DNA of 62,316 nt, counting the filler, from Actinomycetota bacterium (GTDB lineage: Bacteria; Actinomycetota; Acidimicrobiia; IMCC26256; VFJJ01): NCBI GenBank assembly GCA_009886115.1. It is 4 parts of 4 records of this genome, joined end to end, with 100 filler letters (N's around TTAATTAATTAA, not from the genome) between each part and the next. Parts side by side here need not be neighbours in the genome. Positions count along the whole stretch, not along the records: positions 24,094 to 41,018 come from VFJJ01000222.1; 3 more parts are not named here. One strand, 5' to 3'. Position numbers and translations under genes: made by a program. The notes below the pieces were generated by a model. That model ran no database searches and was not told the origin of the DNA. It was given only the letters and a program-made list of their open reading frames with translations. Positions 28,199 to 38,347 of this stretch are shown one piece after another. Within the stretch, counting starts at the first letter, position 1, and every line of letters begins with the position of its first letter.

Positions 28199-29437
28199 AT
28201 GAAGGCACTCCTGTATGGCGTGGCGCCCGACCCGTCGGTCGCTGTCCCCGACACCGACAACCATCTCCTGCGCAGCTTGGCCTGCACGCCGATGCGGCTC
28301 GAGCCCGAGATGGCCGATCCCGGGTTCCTGCTGCCCGACTGGGTGATCACCCGACCCCGGCTCACCGGGATCTGCGGCTCCGACTCCAAGCAGGTCTTCA
28401 TGGACTGGGGCCGCGAACTGCCTCCGACCGGCAACCCGATGAAGGCGTTCTTCTCCCTGCCGCAGGTGCTCGGCCACGAGGTCGTCGCCGACGTGGTGGC
28501 CCTCGGGCCCGAGGCGCAGGGCCTGGAGATCGGTGATCGGGTCGTGCTCAACCCCTGGCTCAGTTGCGGGCCCCGAGGCGTCGAGCCGATGTGTCCCCCG
28601 TGCCGCACGGGCGACTACAGCCTGTGCGCCAACTTTGCGGTGGGCCCGATTGCTCCGGGGATCCACACCGGTACGAGCCGTGACGCCAGTGGTGGCTACG
28701 CCGAGCTGATGCCGGCGCACGACTCGATGCTGTTCAAGGTCCCGGCAGCGATGCCCGACGAGGTCGCGGTCTTCGCCGACCCGTTCGCCGTCATGCTCCA
28801 CGCCATCACGCGCAACCCTCCGCCCAACGGGGGCAAGGCGATGGTCTACGGCGCGGGCGCGCTGGGGACGTGCGCGACGGCCATCCTCAGAGGCCTGTAC
28901 CCCGATGTCGAGGTGCTCGTGGTGGCTCGCTTCGAGGCTCAGGCGGCCATGGCCCGAAAGCTGGGGGCGACGGTCATCGGCCACGAGCCGGCGATCAGGG
29001 TCATCGAGGAGGCTGCGGCCTGGTCGGGCGGGGTCTTGCAGGCGAGCGACGGGCTGCCCATGTGCTACCCCGGCGGGATCGACGTCGTGTACGACACCGT
29101 CGCCAAGATGGAGACCTTCGAGGTCGCCGCCCGGGTGCTCAAGGCCCGCTCCACGCTGGTGAAGGCCGGCGTGCACGGCCCCACCGCCTGGGAGGACACG
29201 CCGCTGTACTTCAAGGAGATCGCCATGGTCGGCTCGAACGCGTTCGGGTTCGAGGACGTCGAAGGCGTTCGCCAGCACGGCATTGCGCACTACCTCGACC
29301 TGGTGGCCGACGGCCGGATCGACCTCACGGGCATGCTCACCCACACGTTCGCCCTCGACGCGTGGCGCGATGCGTTCGGTGCGTTGGCCACGCAGGACGC
29401 CAGCGGGGCGATCAAGGTGGCGTTCGACTTCAGATGA
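28199..29437 (+). CDS. Zn-dependent medium-chain dehydrogenase
   Basis: GICGSD, LGHE, four structural Cys (C..CPPC..C), GAGALG. Confidence 0.92.
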   Translation: MKALLYGVAPDPSVAVPDTDNHLLRSLACTPMRLEPEMADPGFLLPDWVITRPRLTGICGSDSKQVFMDWGRELPPTGNPMKAFFSLPQVLGHEVVADVVALGPEAQGLEIGDRVVLNPWLSCGPRGVEPMCPPCRTGDYSLCANFAVGPIAPGIHTGTSRDASGGYAELMPAHDSMLFKVPAAMPDEVAVFADPFAVMLHAITRNPPPNGGKAMVYGAGALGTCATAILRGLYPDVEVLVVARFEAQAAMARKLGATVIGHEPAIRVIEEAAAWSGGVLQASDGLPMCYPGGIDVVYDTVAKMETFEVAARVLKARSTLVKAGVHGPTAWEDTPLYFKEIAMVGSNAFGFEDVEGVRQHGIAHYLDLVADGRIDLTGMLTHTFALDAWRDAFGALATQDASGAIKVAFDFR

Positions 29438-30329
29438 CGCCCGCCGACCGGGCCAGCAGCTCGAGCGAGTCGGGGGTGAATGGACGGGGCAGGGTGAGGA
29501 TGACCCGCTGCACGCCCACGGCTGCGTAGCGCTCGATCTCGCCCCGCAACTCGTTCGGAAAGCCCACGAACATGCCCGACGCGCCCTCCTCGGACGGCAG
29601 CCCCATGCGGGCCTGAGCTGTCGCCAGTCGGGTCACGGCCGAGGCCGCCAGGCGCGCCCTGATGCGCTCCAGAGCGGGCTCGTCGTTGGCCAGCACGGCG
29701 ATGAGGTTGAGCGTGGCCTCGACCGGCGCCGCCGAACGGCCCACCTCGCGCTCGGCGAGCCGGAGCCGGGCGATGCGATCGGCCATGTACGCGGGGGTCC
29801 CCAGCCCGTTCCAGGCCACGGCGTGACGGGCGGCGATCCGCAGTGCCGCGGACGACGCTCCCGCCACCAGGACCGGCGCCGGCTGTTGGATCGGTCGAGG
29901 GTTGATCGTCGCCCAGCGGCTGGCGATGAACGCGCAGGCGTCGTCGAGCGCCTGCAGCCGCTCGCGGGTGGCCGCGAAGTCGAAACCGAAGTCGGCGTGC
30001 TCCTCGGGGTCCCAGCCGGCGCCGAGACCGACGATGGCCCGTCCACCCGAGATCAGGTCGAGGGACTGGAGCTGGCGCAGGAGGATCGCCGGATGCCGGA
30101 ACGACACCGGCGAGACCAGGCATCCCAGGCGGATCCGGCTGGTGAGGGGAGCCAGCGCGGTCACGAGCGACACGGCGTCGAGCAGCCCCAGACGCTCGTC
30201 GAAGCCGGCCACCGCCCTGAGGTGATCGGATGCGTACAGCTCGTCGAAGCCGAGCTCCTCGGCCAACAACGCGGCGCGCCGAGCCTCGTCCCACGTGAGG
30301 TTCATCGTGCCGGCGACGCTGAAGCGCAT
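29430..30329 (-). CDS. LLM-class flavin/F420-dependent oxidoreductase
   Basis: AEELGFD..SDH, IRLGCLV..FRHP, LDLISGGR..GLGAGW. Confidence 0.9.
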   Translation of the reverse strand: MRFSVAGTMNLTWDEARRAALLAEELGFDELYASDHLRAVAGFDERLGLLDAVSLVTALAPLTSRIRLGCLVSPVSFRHPAILLRQLQSLDLISGGRAIVGLGAGWDPEEHADFGFDFAATRERLQALDDACAFIASRWATINPRPIQQPAPVLVAGASSAALRIAARHAVAWNGLGTPAYMADRIARLRLAEREVGRSAAPVEATLNLIAVLANDEPALERIRARLAASAVTRLATAQARMGLPSEEGASGMFVGFPNELRGEIERYAAVGVQRVILTLPRPFTPDSLELLARSAGVI

Positions 30330-30340
30330 GCCGGGCACCG

Positions 30341-31231
30341 TCAGCCTCCGAGAGCGTCGGACAAGCGACGCCAGCCTTCGACGGGCATGTCGGTCCATTC
30401 CTCGGTGAGGAGTTGCACCGCGACGTGCGAAGCGCCGGCATCGAGATGAGCCTCGATCCGGGGCACGAGGGAGTCGATCGAGCCCCAGGCCACGATGGCG
30501 TCGACGAGCCGGTCGCTGCCGCCGCCGTCGAGGTCGTCGTCGCTGAAACCCTGACGCAGCAAGGAGTTCCGATAGTTCGGCTGGCCGAGGTAGCCAGCGA
30601 GGTGCTTGCGGGCGATCGCCCGGGCGGTGGCCGGGTCGGTCTCGAGCACCACCTTCTGGTCGGGAGCGAGGATCTTGCCCGCACCGAGGACAGCGCGGGC
30701 GCCGGCGGTGTGCTCGGGGGTCGTGAGATACGGATGCGCGCCGTCGGCGCGGTCGCGGGCGACCGCGAGCATCTTCGGGCCGAGGGCGGCAATGACCCGC
30801 GGGCGCACCGGGGCGTCCTCGGGGTACGCGGTGTACGGCGCAGCGTCGAGCGCGTCGAGGTACGCCCGCATGGCGGACAGCGGCGGCCCGTAGCGGCCAC
30901 CGCGCACGTCCTCGACGAGCCAGGCATGGCTGACGCCGAGCCCGAGCAGGAACCGGTGGGGGAACACGGCTTCGAGCGCCCGTTGCCCGTTGGCGGTGGC
31001 GGTCGCGTCGCGATTGTGGATCGGCGCGATGCCCGTCGCCACCTTCAGTCGTGACGTGTTCGACAGGAACAGCGTGGCGTTCACGAACGCGTTGCGATTC
31101 GTGGCCTCGGGGAACCACAGGCAGCCGAAGCCGCGCATCCCATCGAGCTCCTCGAGTGCGGCGCGGGCCTCGGGCCAGGGTTGACGGTCGAAGGCGAAGG
31201 TCCACAGACCGATACGGCCGAGGTCGATCAT
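30341..31231 (-). CDS. LLM-class putative F420-dependent oxidoreductase (TIGR03620-like)
   Basis: VATGIAPI, RFLLGLGVSH, AALGPKML..ADGAHPY, AGASHVAVQ. Confidence 0.88.
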   Translation of the reverse strand: MIDLGRIGLWTFAFDRQPWPEARAALEELDGMRGFGCLWFPEATNRNAFVNATLFLSNTSRLKVATGIAPIHNRDATATANGQRALEAVFPHRFLLGLGVSHAWLVEDVRGGRYGPPLSAMRAYLDALDAAPYTAYPEDAPVRPRVIAALGPKMLAVARDRADGAHPYLTTPEHTAGARAVLGAGKILAPDQKVVLETDPATARAIARKHLAGYLGQPNYRNSLLRQGFSDDDLDGGGSDRLVDAIVAWGSIDSLVPRIEAHLDAGASHVAVQLLTEEWTDMPVEGWRRLSDALGG

Positions 31232-31386
31232 GCGTGCGCGTCCTGACTGGGTGACATCTGGGCCGACTGGCGCCACGGTGGGATCGGTGCCAGCCGCTGC
31301 CGCGGGAGGCTAGCGATGCGCTCCGCTCGCGGGCGAGGGCTCCTCCGGGCGGCGGCCCTGGCGCCACGGGGCCTAGCGTGGGCTCC

Positions 31387-31830
31387 ATGGCCTCTGATCC
31401 CGCACGGAACCGACAGACCGCCGACCGTCTCTACGCCGCGCTGTATCGGCGTGACTTCGACGGGGTGGGCGCACTGTTCGCCGAGGACGGGCACTACACC
31501 GACGTGGCCACGCCGGGGCCCGGCGCGTACGGTCCGCGTCAGATCGCCCAGCGCCTGCGCATCGGGCTCGAGCCGCTCAGTGCCATCTATCACCATCCCC
31601 GCAACACCGTCGCCGAGGGCGATCTCGTGATCGTCGAGCACGCCGAGGAATGGCACTGGGGTCCCGACGCCTCGGTGGTGCTGCCGTTCATCTCGGTGCT
31701 CGAGTTCCGCGACGACGGCAAGATCGTGCGTTGGCACGACTACTGGGACACGCCCACGCTCATGAACGCCGCGCCGAAGTGGTGGCTCGAGCACGTGATG
31801 GCCCAAGCAGGAACGCTCGACCAGGCATGA
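31387..31830 (+). CDS. NTF2/SnoaL-like protein (limonene epoxide hydrolase-like)
   Basis: FAEDGHYTDV, VIVEHAEEW, FRDDGKIVRWHDYWD. Confidence 0.85.
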   Translation: MASDPARNRQTADRLYAALYRRDFDGVGALFAEDGHYTDVATPGPGAYGPRQIAQRLRIGLEPLSAIYHHPRNTVAEGDLVIVEHAEEWHWGPDASVVLPFISVLEFRDDGKIVRWHDYWDTPTLMNAAPKWWLEHVMAQAGTLDQA

Positions 31831-31882
31831 CACGCCAGGACCAGGCTGGACACGGCATCACACGGGTAGGAGGGACGCACCC

Positions 31883-33610
31883 ATGCTCGACAGTGTGATC
31901 ACGGGCGGGACGGTCGTCGACGGGACGGGGGTCCCGGCCCGGACGGCCGACGTGGGCCTGCGCGACGGACGGATCGTCGTCATCGCCCCGACGGGCACCA
32001 TCGACGAGCCGGCCCGGGAGACGATCGCAGCCGACGATCTCGTCGTGGCGCCGGGCTTCGTCGACCCGCACACCCACTATGACGCGCAGTTCTTCTGGGA
32101 TCCGCTGGCGACCCCGTCGAACCTGCACGGGGTCACGTCCGTGATCGCGGGGAACTGCGGCTTCACCCTGGCGCCGCTCGCTCCCGAGCATGCGGCGTAC
32201 ACCCGCGAGATGATGGCCAAGGTCGAGGGCATGCCGCTCAAGGCGCTCGAGGCCGGGGCCGACTGGAGCTGGCGCAGCTTCGGCGATTACCTCGCCCGTT
32301 TCGACGGGCGCCTGGCCCTGAACGCGGCCTGGCTCGTGGGCCATTGCGCCTTGCGCCGCATGGTGATGGGCGAGGACGCCGTCGGAAACGCGGCCTCCGA
32401 GTCGCAGATCGTCGAGATGCAACAGCTGCTCCGCCGCAGCATCGAAGAGGGCGGGATGGGCTTCTCGACCTCGTTGGCGTTCACCCACGCCGACGGCGAC
32501 GGTCAGCCGGTGCCGTCGCGCTGGGCCAGCCACGACGAGGTGCTGGCGCTGTGCGACGTGGTCGGCGAGTACGAGGGCACCACGCTCGAGATGATCATCG
32601 ACGGCTGCCTCAAGGGCTTCACGCCTGAGGAGGTCGACCTCATGTCGGGCATGTCGATCAGGGCTCAGCGGCCCGTCAACTGGAACGTGCTGACGGTCGA
32701 CTCGGCCGACCCCGCTCGGTACCGGGCCCAGGTATCGCTGGGCGACGAGGCGGCTCGCCGGGGCGGCCGGGTCATGGCGCTCACCATGCCCATCATCGTG
32801 GGCATGAACATGAGCTTCAACACGTACTGCGCGATCTTCATGCTCCCGCGTTGGTCGGAGGTGATGAACCTGCCGGTGCCCGAGCGGATGGCCCGGCTGC
32901 GTGACCCCGAGACCCGCCAGTGGATGCTGGCGAACTCGCACTCGCCCGAGGCCGGCGTGTTCACACGTGTGGCCGCCTGGGACCGCTACCAGATCGGCGA
33001 CACCTTCGCCCCGGTCAACGACGGCCTCACGGGCCGCGTGATCGGCGACATCGCCCGCGAACGGGGCATCGACCCGTTCGACTGCCTGCTCGACATCGTG
33101 CTGGCCGATGAGCTCCGCACCGTGCTGTGGCCCCTACCGCCCGACGACGACGCCGAGAGCTGGCGCCTGCGGGCCGAGGCGTGGAACCACCCGCACGTGA
33201 TGCTCGGGGGTTCCGATGCCGGCGCGCACCTCGACCGGATGTCGGGCGCCCAGTACCCGACGGCGTTCCTGGCCGACTGCATCCGAGGCCGACAGCTCAT
33301 CTCCATGGAGCGGGCCGTCCAGCTCATGACCCAGCGGCCGGCCGAGTACTTCGGCCTCCGGGGCCGGGGCACGATCACCGTGGGCAACCATGCCGACCTC
33401 GTGGTGTTCGATCCGACGACGGTCGACGCGGCCATGTCGAGCATGCGGCACGATCTCCCCGGCGGTACGGCCCGGTTGTTCACCCCGGCCGTCGGCGTCG
33501 AACGGGTGATCGTGAATGGCGTCACGATCACCGAACGGGGCGAGGCCACGGGAACCACGCCCGGGACCGTCATGCGCCCCGGGCGCGATACTTCGACCGT
33601 CACGCCCTGA
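31883..33610 (+). CDS. N-acyl-D-amino-acid deacylase family amidohydrolase
   Basis: GGTVVDGTG, PGFVDPHTHYD, GNCGF, SDAGAH, ADLVVFD. Confidence 0.92.
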   Translation: MLDSVITGGTVVDGTGVPARTADVGLRDGRIVVIAPTGTIDEPARETIAADDLVVAPGFVDPHTHYDAQFFWDPLATPSNLHGVTSVIAGNCGFTLAPLAPEHAAYTREMMAKVEGMPLKALEAGADWSWRSFGDYLARFDGRLALNAAWLVGHCALRRMVMGEDAVGNAASESQIVEMQQLLRRSIEEGGMGFSTSLAFTHADGDGQPVPSRWASHDEVLALCDVVGEYEGTTLEMIIDGCLKGFTPEEVDLMSGMSIRAQRPVNWNVLTVDSADPARYRAQVSLGDEAARRGGRVMALTMPIIVGMNMSFNTYCAIFMLPRWSEVMNLPVPERMARLRDPETRQWMLANSHSPEAGVFTRVAAWDRYQIGDTFAPVNDGLTGRVIGDIARERGIDPFDCLLDIVLADELRTVLWPLPPDDDAESWRLRAEAWNHPHVMLGGSDAGAHLDRMSGAQYPTAFLADCIRGRQLISMERAVQLMTQRPAEYFGLRGRGTITVGNHADLVVFDPTTVDAAMSSMRHDLPGGTARLFTPAVGVERVIVNGVTITERGEATGTTPGTVMRPGRDTSTVTP

Positions 33611-33655
33611 CCCACACCCGATGCCGGCGCGGTGTCGGCCTGACAGGATGCGTCG

Positions 33656-34837
33656 ATGGGACCGCTCGCGGGTGTGAAGATCCTCGACCTGTCGACGGTG
33701 CTCTCGGGCCCGGTGGCCACGTCGATGCTCGCCGACCAGGGCGCCGACGTGATCAAGATCGAGCCTCCGGGAGCGCCGGATCTGGTGCGCCAGGTCGGCA
33801 GCCGTCGCGCCGGCGTGGCCGCGATGCACCTCAACGTCAATCGGGGCAAGCGTGCGCTGGCGCTCGACCTGCACCGGCCGGCCGGTGTCGACGTGCTGTT
33901 GCGTCTGGCCACCAGAGCCGACGTGGTCGTGCAGAACTTCCGGCCCGGGGTCGTCGAGCGCCTCGGCGTGGGTTGGGATGGCGTGGCGGCTGTCAATCCC
34001 CGGATCGTCTACTGCTCGATCGCGGGGTTCGGTTTCACCGGCCCGCTGTCGACGGTGAAGGTGTACGACAACATGGTTCAGGCCGCTTCGGGGTTCGCTG
34101 TGGTCCAAGGGGGGACGGGCGATCCGCAGTTCGTGCGTACGTTGGCGTGCGACAAGATCACGGCGTTGCACGTCGCCCAGGCGATCACGGCCGCGCTGTT
34201 CGCCCGGGAGCGGGGAGCGAGCGGGCAACACGTTCGTATCTCGATGCTCGACGCCGCGGTGGCGTTCCTCTGGCCCGACAGCGGCGCGCAACACACGCTC
34301 CTCGGGGCCGATGTGGTCGCATCGCCCGTCGGCGGAGCGTCGGAGGTGATCCGCTTCGCCGACGGCTGGGGGACCGCCATCCCGTTGCTCGACGAGGAGT
34401 TCCGCGCCTTCTGTCGTGTCCTCGAGGTCGAGCACGTCGCCGACGATCCCCGCTTCGCCACCATGGCCCAGCGGCTCGCTCACCCCGAGTACGCCTCGGT
34501 CTACCGCGACGTTGTGCTACCGGCCGCCCGCTCGCGCTCGATCGCCGAGGTCGAGACCGCGCTGGCTGCTGCTGGCGTCGCTGCGGCGCGGGTGGCCAGC
34601 TTGGCCGAGGTGGCCGACTCGGCCCAGGCGCTCGCCAACGCGACCTTCGTGGAGGACGACCATCCGGTGGCCGGCCGGATCCGTCAGCCGGCGCCGGTGG
34701 CCCGGTTCGGCGCCACACCGGCGGTGCCCGGCCGCCCGGCGCCGTCGACCGTGGGCGAGGACTCGGTCGAGATCCTTCGTGAGCACGGGTTCGACGAGGC
34801 CGAGATCACAGCCTTGCGCGAAGCTGGCGTGATCTGA
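33656..34837 (+). CDS. CaiB/BaiF class III CoA transferase
   Basis: LAGVKILDLS, GADVIKIEPP, NRGKR, NFRPGV, YDNMVQAASG. Confidence 0.94.
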   Translation: MGPLAGVKILDLSTVLSGPVATSMLADQGADVIKIEPPGAPDLVRQVGSRRAGVAAMHLNVNRGKRALALDLHRPAGVDVLLRLATRADVVVQNFRPGVVERLGVGWDGVAAVNPRIVYCSIAGFGFTGPLSTVKVYDNMVQAASGFAVVQGGTGDPQFVRTLACDKITALHVAQAITAALFARERGASGQHVRISMLDAAVAFLWPDSGAQHTLLGADVVASPVGGASEVIRFADGWGTAIPLLDEEFRAFCRVLEVEHVADDPRFATMAQRLAHPEYASVYRDVVLPAARSRSIAEVETALAAAGVAAARVASLAEVADSAQALANATFVEDDHPVAGRIRQPAPVARFGATPAVPGRPAPSTVGEDSVEILREHGFDEAEITALREAGVI

Positions 34838-34859
34838 CGCGGCGGATACCACCGGCATC

Positions 34860-35405
34860 GTGAGCCAGGGCACGAGCCACGCCACGCACGACCGAAGGGC
34901 TCGAATGGGTCGACGATTGACGTACGCCGTGTCGGCACGGTCAGCGGCATCACCGGAGATGGTCTTCGACATCGTGGCCGACGGTCCCGGCTGGGCCGAG
35001 TGGACGATGGTGAAGCACTCCACCTACGACCTCGAGGGCGTGCCGGCGCCACACGGCGTGGGGGCCGTCCGCAACTTCGCGATCGGTGGACGTCGAGGGC
35101 GATATCGCACCGTGAGTCGCGAGGAATGCGTGGGCTACGACCGGCCGCACCGGTTCTCGTACGTGCTCCTGTCGGGCCTGCCCGTGCGCAACTACCGGGC
35201 CGACGTCGACCTCACACCCGACCTCACACCCGACCCGCCCGACCCGCCCGACGGAACGGGTACGAGCATCTCGTGGACGGGCGGCTTCGAGGCGAAGATC
35301 CCCGGGACAGGCTGGCTCCTCCAGCGCTTCCTGCGTTCGACGGTGCAGGGTTTCGCCACGAAGCTCGCCCGGCGCGCCGAAGCGGTGGCGGCTGAGCGCG
35401 ACTGA
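34860..35405 (+). CDS. SRPBCC/polyketide cyclase family protein (start may be 34905)
   Basis: SPEMVFDIVAD..W.EW, GVGAVR, FSYVLLSGLPVRNYRA. Confidence 0.85.
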   Translation: MSQGTSHATHDRRARMGRRLTYAVSARSAASPEMVFDIVADGPGWAEWTMVKHSTYDLEGVPAPHGVGAVRNFAIGGRRGRYRTVSREECVGYDRPHRFSYVLLSGLPVRNYRADVDLTPDLTPDPPDPPDGTGTSISWTGGFEAKIPGTGWLLQRFLRSTVQGFATKLARRAEAVAAERD

Positions 35406-35489
35406 CGCCAGAATCACAGAACGCGGGCTCCGACTGCGCCCCGATCGACCATCCCACACCACTCGCGTCCCACACGGAGGTCGTCTCGC

Positions 35490-36677
35490 ATGGAACCCGA
35501 CGTGTTCTACGAGGTCGCCAGCATCGACTATCCGATCATCGATTCCGACGCTCACGTGAACGAACCGCCCGATCTCTGGCAGACCCGGGTTCCCCGCAAG
35601 ATGCGCAAGCGGGCGCCCAAGGTGCTGCACACCGAAAAGGGCGACATCTGGTCGTTCGACGACGGAACCCGCTTGCGGCCCGTGGGTCTCACCGCCACGG
35701 CCGGGCTGAGCTACCTGCAGTTCGCACCGGCGGGCCTCACGTACGACACCATGCGCCCGGGGAGCTTCGAGACCTCGGCCCGCCTACGCGATCTCGACAT
35801 CGACGGGATCTGGGCCCAGGTGCTCTATCCGAGCGTCACGCTCTCGGGCGCCCAGACCTACACCAACGACCGCCCTCTCCAGCTGGCGTGTGTGCGGGCC
35901 TACAACGAATGGCTCCTCGAGTTCTGCGAGGGTTCCGACGGGCGGCTCGTCCCCCTGGCGATCATCCCGACCACGGGGATCGACGACGCGCTCGCCGAGC
36001 TGGCCTGGGCCCACGAGCACGGGCATCGGGGCGTGGTGATCTCGGCCCATCCCGACGGGGCGCTGGAGCCCGCGCCCGCGGACGAGCCGTTCTGGATCGA
36101 GGCCGGAGAACGCGACCTCCCCGTGAGCGTGCACATCGGCAGCTTCTTGCCCTCGTTGTCGCAGAAGGGTCCGAGCTTCAACACGCTGTTGTTCTGCGGA
36201 AAAGCGGGCAGCACCAAGGCCGGCGGCAACACGATCCCGGTCGTGTGCGACCTCATGTTCGCCAACGTCTTCAACCGCTTCCCCGACGTGAAGTGCGTGC
36301 TCGTCGAGTCGAACATCGGCTGGATCCCAACCCTGCTCGAACAGGTCGACGACATGTTCCTTCGCTACCGGTTCTTCACCAATGCGGTCGACGAGATGGG
36401 CGACCTCATGCCGAGCCGCTTGTTCCACAACAGTTTCTGGGCCACGTTCATGATCGACACCGTCGGGATGCGCCTGCGGTACGCCATGAACCTCGACCAC
36501 ATCATGTGGTCGACCGACTATCCGCACACCGGCTGCGACTGGCCCAACTCGCGCCAGGTCATCGAGCGGGTCTTCCGTGGCCTCCCCAAGCACGAGGTCA
36601 AGAAGTTCCTCCACGACAACGTCAAGGCGCTCTACAAGCTCGACCACATTCCCGACCGACTGCCTCGGGGACGCTGA
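35490..36677 (+). CDS. Amidohydrolase-2 family protein
   Basis: IIDSDAHVNEP, DLDIDGI, AYNEW, VHIGS, VESNIGW, WSTDYPH. Confidence 0.93.
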   Translation: MEPDVFYEVASIDYPIIDSDAHVNEPPDLWQTRVPRKMRKRAPKVLHTEKGDIWSFDDGTRLRPVGLTATAGLSYLQFAPAGLTYDTMRPGSFETSARLRDLDIDGIWAQVLYPSVTLSGAQTYTNDRPLQLACVRAYNEWLLEFCEGSDGRLVPLAIIPTTGIDDALAELAWAHEHGHRGVVISAHPDGALEPAPADEPFWIEAGERDLPVSVHIGSFLPSLSQKGPSFNTLLFCGKAGSTKAGGNTIPVVCDLMFANVFNRFPDVKCVLVESNIGWIPTLLEQVDDMFLRYRFFTNAVDEMGDLMPSRLFHNSFWATFMIDTVGMRLRYAMNLDHIMWSTDYPHTGCDWPNSRQVIERVFRGLPKHEVKKFLHDNVKALYKLDHIPDRLPRGR

Positions 36678-36701
36678 GGCACCACGAGAGGCGCCCCTCA
36701 C

Positions 36702-37526
36702 ATGGAACACCAGCCGCTGCGCGACCAGGTTGCCGTCGTGACCGGAGGAGGAGGGGGGATCGGCGGCGGGATCTCGCGCCTGTTCGCCCGGGCCGGGGCG
36801 ATCGTCGTGCTGAACGACATCGACACGGAGCTGGCCGAGACGGCCCGGGCCGAGATCGTGGCCGACGGCGGTCACGTGATCATGGTCGTGGGCGACATTC
36901 GAGACCGGGTCGTGGTGGCTGCTGTTCGCGACGCCGCGCTCGCCGCGGGCACGGGCCGCATCGACGTGCTCGTCAACAACGTCGGCGACTATCGCCCCAA
37001 CGGGCGCTTCGTGGCCACGACCGAGGACGACTGGGCGGCGTTGTACGCCATGAACCTCGAGCACGTGTTCCGCTGCACCCACGCCGTGATCCCCACGATG
37101 ATCGAACAGCGCTCGGGAAGCATCGTGAACGTCTCGACGGTCGAGGCCTTCCGGGGCATCCCGGGGAACGCGGTGTACAGCGCGTTCAACGCCGGGGTGA
37201 ACGCGTTCACGAAGAGCCTGGCGGTCGAGCTCGGGCGCGACGGGATCCGGGTCAACGCGATTGCTCCCGACATGGCCGACACGCTCCAGACACCGGCTTC
37301 GGCCATGCTGCGCGGCCGTGACCCGTCGCTCGTCGAATGCTGGATTCCCGTGGGGCGCTTCGGCCGTCCCGACGACTACGCGCAGGTCGCGCTGTTCCTG
37401 GCGTCCGACCAGTCGCGCTACGTGACCGGCCACGTGGTCCCGGTCGACGGAGGCACGACAGCAGCGTCGGGGTGGTACGGCCGCCCCGAACGCAAGGGCT
37501 GGACCAACCTGCCCGACAGCCCGTAG
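36702..37526 (+). CDS. Short-chain dehydrogenase/reductase
   Basis: TGGGGGIG, LVNNVG, NVS, YSAFN (atypical), VDGG. Confidence 0.9.
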   Translation: MEHQPLRDQVAVVTGGGGGIGGGISRLFARAGAIVVLNDIDTELAETARAEIVADGGHVIMVVGDIRDRVVVAAVRDAALAAGTGRIDVLVNNVGDYRPNGRFVATTEDDWAALYAMNLEHVFRCTHAVIPTMIEQRSGSIVNVSTVEAFRGIPGNAVYSAFNAGVNAFTKSLAVELGRDGIRVNAIAPDMADTLQTPASAMLRGRDPSLVECWIPVGRFGRPDDYAQVALFLASDQSRYVTGHVVPVDGGTTAASGWYGRPERKGWTNLPDSP

Positions 37527-37529
37527 GGC

Positions 37530-38297
37530 TCAGCGGCGGTCTTGCAGGAAGGGGAAGCGGTCGCGGGTCTCGGCCACGACCGATGCCTCGACCTCGGTGA
37601 CGAGCACGGCTTCGCGCCGGCTGGCCGTGGCCAGAAGGCCGCCCGTCGGGTCGACGATCCGGCTGTCTCCGCTGTAGGTGAGCCCGCCACCCTCGCCGAC
37701 GCGGTTGGCGCCGATCACATAGGCCTGGTTCTCGATGGCCCGGGCCTGCAGGAGTGCCATCCAGTGCCGGCGACGGCTCTCGGGCCAGTTGGCGACGACC
37801 ACGTACACGTCGGTGGCTCGGGCCAGCGCCCAGAACTCGTCGGCGAAGCGCAGGTCGTAGCAGACGAACAGGCTCACCCGCAGGCCCTCGATGTCGACGG
37901 TCACGAAGTCGCGACCAGCGTCGTAGTGCTTGTCCTCACCGGCGTAGGTGAACGGGTGGATCTTGCGGTAGCGGTGCACGGTTCGATCGGGACCGGCCAA
38001 CACCAAGGTGTTGAAGGGTTTCGCGGTCGTCGGAGCGCCCGGCGCCCGTTCGGGTACCGAGCCGCACACCCACACCCCATGGAGCTCGGCCTGCTCGACC
38101 AGGAAACACGACGACGGCCCGTCGGCGTCCTCGGCGATGCGGGCCGCGTCGAGGCTGAACCCGGTCGAGAACATCTCGGTGAGCACGACCAGCCGGGCCC
38201 CGGCTCCGGCCGCGCCGGCGATCATCGGCGCCAGCCGGGCGTGGTTGGCGTCGCGGTCCTCCCAGACCACGTCGTGCTGCACCGCTGCGATCTTCAT
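37530..38297 (-). CDS. Carbon-nitrogen hydrolase (omega-amidase-like)
   Basis: E-K-C triad in TEMF, YRKIH, CYDLRF, plus ARAIENQ. Confidence 0.92.
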   Translation of the reverse strand: MKIAAVQHDVVWEDRDANHARLAPMIAGAAGAGARLVVLTEMFSTGFSLDAARIAEDADGPSSCFLVEQAELHGVWVCGSVPERAPGAPTTAKPFNTLVLAGPDRTVHRYRKIHPFTYAGEDKHYDAGRDFVTVDIEGLRVSLFVCYDLRFADEFWALARATDVYVVVANWPESRRRHWMALLQARAIENQAYVIGANRVGEGGGLTYSGDSRIVDPTGGLLATASRREAVLVTEVEASVVAETRDRFPFLQDRR

Positions 38298-38307
38298 CGT
38301 CGACCCC

Positions 38308-38347
38308 TCGGTCCTTCAGTTCTTCGGTCCTTCGGTCCTTCAGCTCT
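38308..38347. repeat. 8-bp tandem repeat, five units of TCGGTCCT-like sequence
   Basis: TCGGTCCT TCAGTTCT TCGGTCCT TCGGTCCT TCAGCTCT. Confidence 0.7.
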
